From: an uncultured Bacteroidia bacterium
GTDB lineage: Bacteria; Bacteroidota; Bacteroidia; Bacteroidales; F082
Reading direction: 5' to 3'
Length of the DNA: 64,000 bases
Assembly (NCBI GenBank): GCA_902801815.1
Contig: CADCJT010000005.1
Span: forward strand, 38,099 to 102,098
In this document: positions 26,701 to 32,583 of the stretch, piece by piece
Numbering within the stretch: the stretch's first letter is position 1
Layout: every line of letters begins with the position of its first letter
Notes under the pieces: model-generated
Told to the model about the DNA's origin: nothing
The model's input: the letters and a program-made list of their open reading frames with translations, nothing else
Databases searched by the model: none
Made by a program: the position numbers and the translations under genes

Positions 26701-27136
26701 GAGTTGGTTCTCGTATAAGGCTGAAGAGTTCTACAAAGAAACTGGACAGAAGTTCAAGACATACGAAAGTATGGGACAACTGTCTGGAGGTGAAAAGGCT
26801 CAGCTCACTTATACCATTTTAGGCTCAGCCATAGCCTATCAGTTTGGACTCACAAAAGACGGTTTGCAAGCTAAATCTTTGCGTTTTATAGCAATTGACG
26901 AGGCTTTCAAAGCTCAAGATGAAGACAAGGCTCGCTATTTGATTTCGCTATGCAAACAATTGAACTTACAATTGCTGGTTGTAACCCCCAGCGATAACAT
27001 ACATATTGTAGAAAATGATATCTCATTTGTCCATTATGTTGAACGTCGGGGAAACGAATCAATCTCAATTGATATGTCAATTGAGCAGTTTAAGCAAGAA
27101 CGTGAAAAATTTCTAGCCAATGATAACCCCAGCTGA
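23720..27136 (+). CDS. jetC: Wadjet JetC (SMC-like ABC ATPase)
   Basis: 1138 aa. Walker A LLTGANASGKSTLIDAL, long coiled-coil middle, signature QLSGGEKAQLTYTILGSAI, Walker B LRFIAIDEAF. Confidence 0.9.
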   Translation: MQEQYDLFTTNAGTAGYRLNYMEIYNWGTFNNRIFRIAPEGNNTLLTGANASGKSTLIDALLTLLVPAKKDRFYNQSSGNERKGDRTEETYVLGNYGNIQAEGEMSTKTQQLRDKKTYSVLLASFTNNHDNVVTLFQVRWFVNGEMKCSYGFSSMPLSIGKDFSGFNGNKGDWKKMLEKHYNGNMPKKQIEFYDTIKDYKDRIISAFGLRSDKALILFNQIIGVKVLNDLDEFIRNNMLEQRDSESEYIRLSESFATLMEAKTTIDKVKEQIAQLEPIDEKAKKLEKIESTLKDLQNTRDMAVYWFAQKNVELANARIAKLNEKLVALKQELEQLNQEKEDLKKKESELRFSIESDDVGRQIRTLKDEISRLEQKKKTRQFKLEEYNKMALEVGFSKNPTERVFFENREKSKEKRDDCQRDLGEKNEDLRHALNEKERIEQEIIENTEIVKTLLKNKNNISGREAEIRELILQEVGAAANEIPFVGELIRVKDSEKEWENSIEKILHNFGIRLIVPEKYYKAVSEFVNSNNLRGKIVYHRYETSSSLRGFQNPPANCLLNKLEFNTKSPYSSWVEDAIADHYNYACVSDLDEFYLYKEKAVTIEGLIKSVHNKHEKDDRPKTSSRENYVLGWDNKEKIASIRAIVKNLQNQQTQNKEAIRKIKAEIDTIEKRKEIYDDIFKLFSRFEEVNWEETARFIQEKEDRKKELETTNDKVKALQRQLEIVQGDLSKLEKETIVEKNGEIFQIEKVDLVNANKRLSENKPILDNLGIIDVAVFEENNITWLDVTFETIESKKTALQSDIMQKEDTAKSEKASVEGETADLIRKFKNPSEEIIQRFKDWRSDVHTLPEASSINLIGEYQKFYNRLVKEDLVRHEKKFDEYLQETVTNKVSAFRMFFNNWEKSIRETIEMLNKSLYGIDFNTSPVTYIQLVNSKRFNPEIADFRRELDNAIPNIHETNATIDGKRVHFEQKIQPLMEHLKNEQWRRKVMDVRSWFSYKAEEFYKETGQKFKTYESMGQLSGGEKAQLTYTILGSAIAYQFGLTKDGLQAKSLRFIAIDEAFKAQDEDKARYLISLCKQLNLQLLVVTPSDNIHIVENDISFVHYVERRGNESISIDMSIEQFKQEREKFLANDNPS

Positions 27137-28247
27137 AATAAAGAAGAAAGCAGCAAATAAGTACAAGGTATATTTGCAATCTATCGTTGAAGGAAAGCCT
27201 TTCAACCCAATTGTTATTGTTGGTGATAAGAAGCCTAACGAGGATACTGGAAGATTTGAGGCAGAGTTGACAGAGTTAATAAGCTATTCTAAGGAAAGAA
27301 AGGGATATGGTTATATAATTGAATTCCAAACCGTAAAAACTAAAAGACACGGATTACAAGATATTCCAACATCTATAAGTTTTCAAACAGAATTTGATTA
27401 TTTGAAATATATTAACGAAGAAAATAATACTGCAAAATTCAAAGAAGACATAGCCTATATTCTTTCATTATTCCCAGAATTGAAGGGATGGATATCCAAA
27501 TATCCCATTAAAGTAATAGAGAATGATTGGGAGAGCCTACTAAAAGTATGTGAGTATTTCAAGGAGACGCCCCATCCTCATCTCTATATTCGTGAATTAC
27601 CTATAAAGGTGCATACTAAATTCATAGAAAGCAATAAAGGCATTATTAGAGAATTGCTTGATATAATTATTGCGGAACATATCAATGTAGATGAAAAGCA
27701 TTTTGAAAGACGTTTCGATCTCAAATACGACGAACCTTTAGTGCGTTTTCGGATATTAGACAAGAACATCAGTTTGCAACAATTTGGAGGTATTGATGAT
27801 TTAAGTATTTCGATAAGTGAGTTTCAACATTTGTCTGTTCCCATCCAGACTGTGTATTTGGTCGAGAATAAGATTAATATGTTGACCTTTCCCAATAAAA
27901 GAGACAGCATTGTCATTTGGGGACACGGATTTGGAGTCGATATAATGAAAGATGTTGAATGGCTCCAGACGAAAAAGATTTATTACTGGGGAGATATAGA
28001 TGCTCAAGGATTCCAAATTCTTTCAGAAATCAGAACTCATTTCAGACAGGTAGAGAGTTTTTTGATGGATAAAGATACTTTTGGAAAGTATTATGAAGGC
28101 GATAAAGGTACGAAGACAAATGTTGAAATAGAATTGTGCCTTACACAAGAAGAATTGGAATTGTTCAGACGCCTAAAAGAAAACAATTCGCGATTGGAGC
28201 AAGAGAAGATACCATTTGAATATGTTGTGACAAAAATACCAACATAG
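27120..28247 (+). CDS. jetD: Wadjet JetD (DUF3322 + DUF2220 Toprim-like nuclease subunit)
   Basis: 375 aa. VYLVENKINMLTF (Toprim Glu) and IYYWGDIDAQGFQILSEIR (DxD). 17-nt overlap with jetC. Confidence 0.88.
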   Translation: MITPAEIKKKAANKYKVYLQSIVEGKPFNPIVIVGDKKPNEDTGRFEAELTELISYSKERKGYGYIIEFQTVKTKRHGLQDIPTSISFQTEFDYLKYINEENNTAKFKEDIAYILSLFPELKGWISKYPIKVIENDWESLLKVCEYFKETPHPHLYIRELPIKVHTKFIESNKGIIRELLDIIIAEHINVDEKHFERRFDLKYDEPLVRFRILDKNISLQQFGGIDDLSISISEFQHLSVPIQTVYLVENKINMLTFPNKRDSIVIWGHGFGVDIMKDVEWLQTKKIYYWGDIDAQGFQILSEIRTHFRQVESFLMDKDTFGKYYEGDKGTKTNVEIELCLTQEELELFRRLKENNSRLEQEKIPFEYVVTKIPT

Positions 28248-28430
28248 AAATCAACAGCTTTTATTGGTATTAGCTGAAAAACTCAAAGAAGATGAGGGCT
28301 ATTTTTATAACAAGAACTCATTCCTTGACATCTTCAAAGGCTTAACCCGTCTAAAACAAGAAAAGGACGATGAATCTGAAGAGGCTCCTGAGTCGTTGGA
28401 TTAGTTTTTTTTAAATATCCCTTGCTGCAT

Positions 28431-28470
28431 AGGAGATCGCGGGTCTGCGCCCGCGATGACGGCAAGGGGC
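28431..28470. repeat. AGGAGATCGCGGG...CCCGCGATGACGGCAAGGG hairpin repeat (second copy at 29959-30015)
   Basis: 8-bp stem ATCGCGGG (28436-28443) / CCCGCGAT (28450-28457) read directly. Confidence 0.6.
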
Positions 28471-28656
28471 GAGGGCGTTGTCATAAAGTGTGAATGAGGG
28501 GCGGTGCATCAGAGTCCTGAAATCGAAGATTAGCTACGCTGAAATCGAAGATTCGATGAAATCAATGCGGAGCATTTCGACGGAGTCAAAGGACGACCCT
28601 ACCACACCCCGATATGCAATGTAGGGTTTTATATTGAGAAGGGCGGATTCCTAGGT

Positions 28657-28714
28657 GCCGCAGCCATAGATCCCAAGCCACCGCACAGGCCAGCGCGGGG
28701 ATGACATGGCTGCT
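28657..28714 (+). repeat. GC-rich palindromic repeat, full copy
   Basis: CCGCAGCCATAGATCCCAAGCCACCGCACAGGCCAGCGCGGGGATGACATGGCTGCTG. Confidence 0.85.
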
Positions 28715-28721
28715 GAATTCT

Positions 28722-28778
28722 GTCGCAGCCATAGATGCCCGCCACCACACCTATCCGCGTCGGCATGACATGGCTGCT
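28722..28778 (+). repeat. GC-rich palindromic repeat, full copy (tandem with the previous one)
   Basis: TCGCAGCCATAGATGCCCGCCACCACACCTATCCGCGTCGGCATGACATGGCTGCTG. Confidence 0.85.
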
Positions 28779-28828
28779 GGAACCTTGCGTAGGGATGACC
28801 TTCTTTCTAAAATGCTACAAAAGTCTTC

Positions 28829-29728
28829 TCAGATTACTTGTCCCAGTAGCAATTCCTTGTCCAACCCCATTTTACTGAAGGCAAAAAGTTTCCTTCCCAA
28901 GTCCTTGAGCGATGCTCCTAGATGATAGACTTGGCTGTCGATGATAAGGAAACGGTCGTGCACGCGTGTGCGGGTGGTTTGTAGCTCGGTCTTACGGCCA
29001 GTCTGCACGAGACAATCGGACTGCAACACCAATAGGGCTGGGGTGATTCTCTCCACAAAGATGGTTGCCTCCACGCCAACACTTCGGCATTCAAGGATGT
29101 CGAAGTCCGAGGCGTCGATGTAATTGTCGATGAGGATGACCTCGTGCTGCGCCGTCTTTATCAAGTTTTCAGCAAACAGGCGAGCATCCAAGACTTGCCC
29201 TTCAAACAACACACCCTCCACGGGCGGCAGATTGGTACGGATGAAGAAGTCTATCTTCTCTGAATGGAGATCGGTTTTTTCTTCCAATAGACGAATCCTG
29301 TTGCTTTGTTCGTCAAAACGAGCATCCAACTGCATTTGAAAAGCCTGCAATTGTTGGCGAATGGCATATCCTCGCAACAAGTAATCTTTCAAAACTTGGT
29401 TGGCCCATCGGCGGAAAGCCGTTGCATTGATACTGTTTACGCGGTAACCAACTGACAAGATGACATCAAGGTTATAGAACTTGGTGGAGTACATTTGTCT
29501 ACCATCATTACCCATAAGTTCCAAAATGGAACATGTGCTGCTTTCTTCCAGTTCGCCACTGGAATAGATGTTTTTCAGGTGCTTTGTGATGGCGGGACGC
29601 TTTGTTCCGAATAGGTCGGCAATTTGTTGCTGTGTAAGCCAAACCGAATCCTCTTGTACCCGCACTTCAAGCTTGACCATTTCGTTAGGTTGATAAAGCA
29701 CAATCTCGTTTTCTTTTCCTGTTTCCAT
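28829..29728 (-). CDS. RhuM-family protein with an extra C-terminal domain carrying an HDRFLIID...GASLKDLG motif
   Basis: The N-terminal 130 aa (LTQQQIADLFGTKRPAITKHLKNIY...YNLDVILSVGYRVNSINATAFRRWANQVLKDYLLRGYA) are typical of RhuM. The C-terminal ~150 aa end with HDRFLIIDSQVYHLGASLKDLGRKLFAFSKMG. Confidence 0.78.
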   Translation of the reverse strand: METGKENEIVLYQPNEMVKLEVRVQEDSVWLTQQQIADLFGTKRPAITKHLKNIYSSGELEESSTCSILELMGNDGRQMYSTKFYNLDVILSVGYRVNSINATAFRRWANQVLKDYLLRGYAIRQQLQAFQMQLDARFDEQSNRIRLLEEKTDLHSEKIDFFIRTNLPPVEGVLFEGQVLDARLFAENLIKTAQHEVILIDNYIDASDFDILECRSVGVEATIFVERITPALLVLQSDCLVQTGRKTELQTTRTRVHDRFLIIDSQVYHLGASLKDLGRKLFAFSKMGLDKELLLGQVI

Positions 29729-29746
29729 AATACAAGTAGTTTTACG

Positions 29747-29844
29747 CTACAAAGATGCAACCCTTGTCAAGACTAAGCCGTTGAACAAACGTTTGTAGTC
29801 GACTGTAGTCGTTTGTAGTCGTTTGCTGTCGGGTAAGTAATTGG
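29747..29844 (-). promoter_or_regulatory. Duplicated promoter module, copy 1: -7-like box CATCTTTG plus four tandem 10-bp units (minus strand GACAGCAAAC GACTACAAAC GACTACAGTC GACTACAAAC)
   Basis: About 90% identical by eye to 32584-32680. It lies immediately upstream of the RhuM ATG (29728). Confidence 0.6.
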
Positions 29845-29896
29845 AAATGAAATGGATTTTTTTTGGAAATAAATCTTCCGCAAATCTATCATAAAT

Positions 29897-29922
29897 GGAC
29901 TGCTTCGTGCCTCGCAGTGACG
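29897..29922. repeat. Half copy of the CGTCA(T/C)TGCGAGG...GAAGCA repeat family
   Basis: GGACTGCTTCGTGCCTCGCAGTGACG matches the right arm at 45716-45743. Confidence 0.5.
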
Positions 29923-29958
29923 CGAAGCGACGACAAGGAGATAGCACTCTTGCGGTGT

Positions 29959-30015
29959 AGGAGATCGCGGGTCGCCTCATTCCACGGAGGCGGAACCGCG
30001 ATGACGGCAAGGGCG
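29959..30015. repeat. Second copy of the GAGATCGCGGG...CCGCGATGACGGCAAGGG repeat
   Basis: Read directly. It lies inside the ~210-bp segment present only in copy 1 of the duplicated promoter module. Confidence 0.55.
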
Positions 30016-30056
30016 GGAGTATGCCGTTAAGAATGGAAGTGATAACAACGGACACC

Positions 30057-30165
30057 GTGTGCGGGAAGGCCAAAGACTGACCGGGTTGGGCGCGCTGGCC
30101 CGGCCGACATGGGGGAGGAGCGGTTGCCTAGTGCGGTAGGCCCTTGATGTCGGCCTTGATTCTTT
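30057..30165. repeat. Duplicated GC-rich block, copy 1 (partner at 32686-32790)
   Basis: ...GGCCAAAGAC.GACCGGGT...GGCCCGGCCGACATGGGGGAGGAGCGGT.GCCT.GTGCGGTAGGCCCTTGATGTCGGCCTTGAT is shared by both copies. Confidence 0.7.
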
Positions 30166-30276
30166 AGCTTCGCTGATTTTGCTTTGTCTCAGCATAGCCC
30201 GAACAAGCTCGGCTCTGCGTTCGGCTTGCGCAAAATTGGCCCTTTCTTATCAAGAAGAAAGGGCGAAAACAAATGG

Positions 30277-30329
30277 CGCAGCCGTAGATGCCCGCCAACG
30301 CACATGCCTGCGCAGGCATGACATGGCCT
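30277..30329 (+). repeat. GC-rich palindromic repeat, slightly diverged copy
   Basis: GCGCAGCCGTAGATGCCCGCCAACGCACATGCCTGCGCAGGCATGACATGGCC. Confidence 0.7.
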
Positions 30330-30412
30330 CTAAACTTTTTTCCTATGTCATAAGCTGAAAGGAGAAATAGTTTTTCTATTTTTGCAGTCAAACCCACAAA
30401 AACAAACACATT

Positions 30413-31144
30413 ATGGAAGAAAATGGGAGAAGGCCGCATCGGTTTCTTAAGACTTTGTTGATTATCGGCCTGGTGCTGCTGGCAGTATACCTGATTCGAA
30501 ACAGGGACCTCATCAAATCCAAGTTCTCTTCTTGGACAAAGGACCATGACCAAGAAACAGTGGAAGAACGACCCACCGTTACGTCACCATCGTACGAATG
30601 GGAAACGTTGCAAGGACAAGTCAACGATTTGCGCAACGAGGTGGAACGGCTCAAACAAGAGGTTCAACAATTGAAAAACACCAAACCCACTGCAAGCCCC
30701 AAACAAATCCCAACCGCCACATCGACTCCAGCTGCTCCTGTGCCACAGCCTTCAACACCTGCAGCACAACAAACCACCTCGGCATCTCAGTCATCCACGC
30801 CTGTGGCACAGCAGTCATCGGCATCCTTTGATCCCAATGCCATTACCTTGGCGAATTATACCCATGATTGGGTGCAATCCAAGGCATCCGTCTCATTCAA
30901 AAACAATACAAGCCGTCGCATTACCCAGGTTTCGGGGCGCATGGTTTATTACGACATGAGCGGAAATATGCTCGATTATTATGATTTCACCAAGTCCATC
31001 GATATAGAACCTGGGATGGTGAAGAATATTGAACTGCCGGGATATGGGCATAAAGATAGTTATGCGTATTATAAAAGTGAGATTAGTGTAACGAAGCCCG
31101 ACCGCAAGTATAAGGTGAGCTTTGAGCTGAAGTCATATAAATGA
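30413..31144 (+). CDS. Hypothetical membrane-anchored protein (N-terminal TM helix, coiled coil, Thr/Ser/Pro/Gln-rich linker, ~100-aa C-terminal domain)
   Basis: 243-aa ORF. TM helix LLIIGLVLLAVYLI, coiled coil LQGQVNDLRNEVERLKQEVQQLKN, then a low-complexity linker. A -7 box TATTTTTG lies ~30 nt upstream. Confidence 0.5.
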   Translation: MEENGRRPHRFLKTLLIIGLVLLAVYLIRNRDLIKSKFSSWTKDHDQETVEERPTVTSPSYEWETLQGQVNDLRNEVERLKQEVQQLKNTKPTASPKQIPTATSTPAAPVPQPSTPAAQQTTSASQSSTPVAQQSSASFDPNAITLANYTHDWVQSKASVSFKNNTSRRITQVSGRMVYYDMSGNMLDYYDFTKSIDIEPGMVKNIELPGYGHKDSYAYYKSEISVTKPDRKYKVSFELKSYK

Positions 31145-31227
31145 GAGCAGGGAAATGTCTCTTGATTAAGCAAATTCATAAAACCAATAAAAGTTGCGCC
31201 CGACACAAAATAGGGATGAGATTATGG

Positions 31228-31285
31228 CAGCAGCCATAGATGCTCGCCTCCGCACAGGCCAGCGTTGGCATGACATGGCTGCTGG
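31228..31285 (+). repeat. GC-rich palindromic repeat, full copy
   Basis: CAGCAGCCATAGATGCTCGCCTCCGCACAGGCCAGCGTTGGCATGACATGGCTGCTGG. Confidence 0.85.
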
Positions 31286-31290
31286 TGTCT

Positions 31291-31352
31291 CGGTAAAAAG
31301 AGAAAAATCCCCCATCCCCTTGCGGGTTTCCGGAAAAGTTGTAATTCTGCAC
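31291..31352 (+). promoter_or_regulatory. Promoter cassette copy P1 (degenerate -7 box TAATTCTG at 31342-31349)
   Basis: CGGTAAAAAGAGAAAAATCCCCCATCCCCTTGCGGGTTTCCGGAAAAGTTGTAATTCTGCAC. Confidence 0.45.
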
Positions 31353-31470
31353 TGTCGTTTCGGCACGTTAAGGACGTACAGCGTCACGGCCCCCAAGGGT
31401 ATAGCACCGAAAGACGAAAAACATTGGCGGTTAGAGCCTCGATAGGTTGTTAGCCGCCAATTTTTGTTTT
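31349..31470 (+). ncRNA. Candidate ~120-nt small RNA 1
   Basis: No ORF. Intrinsic terminator ATTGGCGG (31423-31430) / CCGCCAAT (31454-31461) plus TTTTTGTTTTG. Confidence 0.3.
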
Positions 31471-31535
31471 GTAAAAGGTCTTCATGGCCAACCTTTTCCT
31501 TCCTGTACGGGTGCATTCCACATAATAGTACATGT

Positions 31536-31560
31536 CAGCGCAGGGATGACATGCCTGCTA
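31536..31560 (+). repeat. 3' half copy of the GC-rich palindromic repeat
   Basis: CAGCGCAGGGATGACATGCCTGCTA. Confidence 0.5.
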
Positions 31561-31580
31561 AGCCCACCTGGTGTCGAACA

Positions 31581-31643
31581 AAAAAAGACCCGGGTCTTTT
31601 TGTCGGCAGACCCGGGTCTGCCCGCGAGCAAACCCGGGTTTGC
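31581..31643. promoter_or_regulatory. Three consecutive perfect palindromes centred on CCCGGG
   Basis: AAAAAAGACCCGGGTCTTTTT (31581-31601), GCAGACCCGGGTCTGC (31606-31621), GCAAACCCGGGTTTGC (31628-31643). Confidence 0.6.
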
Positions 31644-31678
31644 CCACGGGCAGATATGGGTCTTCTCACAGGCAAAAA

Positions 31679-31735
31679 CCGCAGACATAGATCCCAAGCC
31701 ACCGCACAGGCCAGCGCAGGGATGACATGGCTGCT
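31679..31735 (+). repeat. GC-rich palindromic repeat, full copy
   Basis: CCGCAGACATAGATCCCAAGCCACCGCACAGGCCAGCGCAGGGATGACATGGCTGCT. Confidence 0.85.
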
Positions 31736-31742
31736 GGTGCCT

Positions 31743-31808
31743 TGGTAAAAAGAGAAAAATCCCCCATCCCCTTGCGGGTTTGTGGAAAAGTTGTAATTTT
31801 GCAGGCAG
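31743..31808 (+). promoter_or_regulatory. Promoter cassette copy P2 (-7 box TAATTTTG at 31794-31801)
   Basis: TGGTAAAAAGAGAAAAATCCCCCATCCCCTTGCGGGTTTGTGGAAAAGTTGTAATTTTGCAGGCAG. Confidence 0.55.
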
Positions 31809-31872
31809 AAAACCAATCGTATGTGTTCCCTTCAAGTAGGGTAATCGCTGGATACGATTGGTTTTTTGTTTT
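31805..31872 (+). ncRNA. Candidate ~65-nt hairpin small RNA 2
   Basis: 14-bp stem AAAACCAATCGTAT (31809-31822) / ATACGATTGGTTTT (31852-31865) with an inner CCCT-tcaagt-AGGG hairpin, then TTGTTTTG. Confidence 0.35.
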
Positions 31873-31906
31873 GTGTCTCTATCTTGTTCACGCAGTATTG
31901 AATATG

Positions 31907-31932
31907 CCCACGTCGGCATGACATGGCTGCTG
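31907..31932 (+). repeat. 3' half copy of the GC-rich palindromic repeat
   Basis: CCCACGTCGGCATGACATGGCTGCTG. Confidence 0.55.
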
Positions 31933-31938
31933 AGCCTC

Positions 31939-32003
31939 GGTAATAAGAGAAAAATCATCCATCCCCTTGTGGGTTTGTGGAAAAGTTGTATTTTTGCAGG
32001 CAG
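31939..32003 (+). promoter_or_regulatory. Promoter cassette copy P3 (-7 box TATTTTTG at 31989-31996)
   Basis: GGTAATAAGAGAAAAATCATCCATCCCCTTGTGGGTTTGTGGAAAAGTTGTATTTTTGCAGGCAG. Confidence 0.55.
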
Positions 32004-32120
32004 TTGGTCGCGGACACGGAATGAAAAACCAGTGGATTATCAAGACGTAAGGGGCGGCCGAAAGGATGTTCCCTCCAGCGATAACAGATTAACCCCTCTC
32101 TTTTGAGGGGTTTCCTTTTT
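32003..32120 (+). ncRNA. Candidate ~115-nt RNA 3, convergent with and overlapping the 3' end of the 32089-32562 gene
   Basis: Hairpin AACCCCTC (32091-32098) / GAGGGGTT (32105-32112) plus TCCTTTTT. No ORF. Confidence 0.3.
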
Positions 32121-32562
32121 CCCGTTTTATGAGACTTTTGAATGCCAAGCTTTTGTTTCGCTTACGTATTTCCTCAACATAGTAATAGGTGTCTCCTATC
32201 TGCTTGGTGTATTTCAACACGGTATTATGATGCGAAATGTCAGTTTGTGCTGACACTTCCACTTTATCCCTGTTCTTGATGATGAAAGGGATAAGCAGAT
32301 AGTCTTCGAGAGACAGGGGTGCCCTATCATTGCTTTTCAAGCCATGACGTTTTTCGGCATGTTGTATCCCTGAAGTTTCGATGACATGCTTGAAACCTTT
32401 AAGGTTGATACCATGACTGGCAGCGAGCGACATCAACTCCTCATCGATGTTTTCATCAATAATGCAGAACTTGTAGTCACAACTTGTCCCAATGAGTTCC
32501 ATTAATTCGGAAAATGGAATCTTAGTGGGTTGCTCTTTGTCGAATGGATTCTTTTTGACCAT
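32089..32562 (-). CDS. Hypothetical small protein, possibly a PBECR-type (Barnase/EndoU/RelE-like) nuclease domain
   Basis: Start set at MVKKNPFDKEQ (ATG 32562), downstream of the duplicated promoter. GFKHVIETSGIQHAEKRHG...LSLEDYLLIPFIIKNRDKVEV recalls PBECR/MuF-C-terminal nuclease domains. This assignment is from memory only. Confidence 0.45.
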   Translation of the reverse strand: MVKKNPFDKEQPTKIPFSELMELIGTSCDYKFCIIDENIDEELMSLAASHGINLKGFKHVIETSGIQHAEKRHGLKSNDRAPLSLEDYLLIPFIIKNRDKVEVSAQTDISHHNTVLKYTKQIGDTYYYVEEIRKRNKSLAFKSLIKREKGNPSKERG

Positions 32563-32583
32563 AACAAATGTGTTTGAATTATG

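Noticed and set aside
28249-28404. Open frame ...LLVLAEKLKEDEGYFYNKNSFLDIFKGLTRLKQEKDDESEEAPESLD* right after jetD
   Set aside because: It has no start codon, is only ~50 codons long, and has no recognisable motif. It could be the C-terminal remnant of a lost gene, but I cannot support that.
29747-30073. 108-aa ORF whose N-terminus (MAFPH...SDSKRLQTTTVDYKRLFNGLVLT) matches the N-terminal extension of ORF 32089-32700
   Set aside because: The shared peptide is just the translation of the duplicated promoter module. In one copy it is fused in frame to the downstream gene and in the other it is a separate ORF, so the conservation is at the DNA level. The true starts are 29728 and 32562.
31349-32088. 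tRNA or tRNA-like genes downstream of the promoter cassettes (the -7 region resembles the tRNA-Gln promoter)
   Set aside because: I could not fold any cloverleaf. There is no GTTCGAATC-type T-loop or acceptor pairing in these segments.
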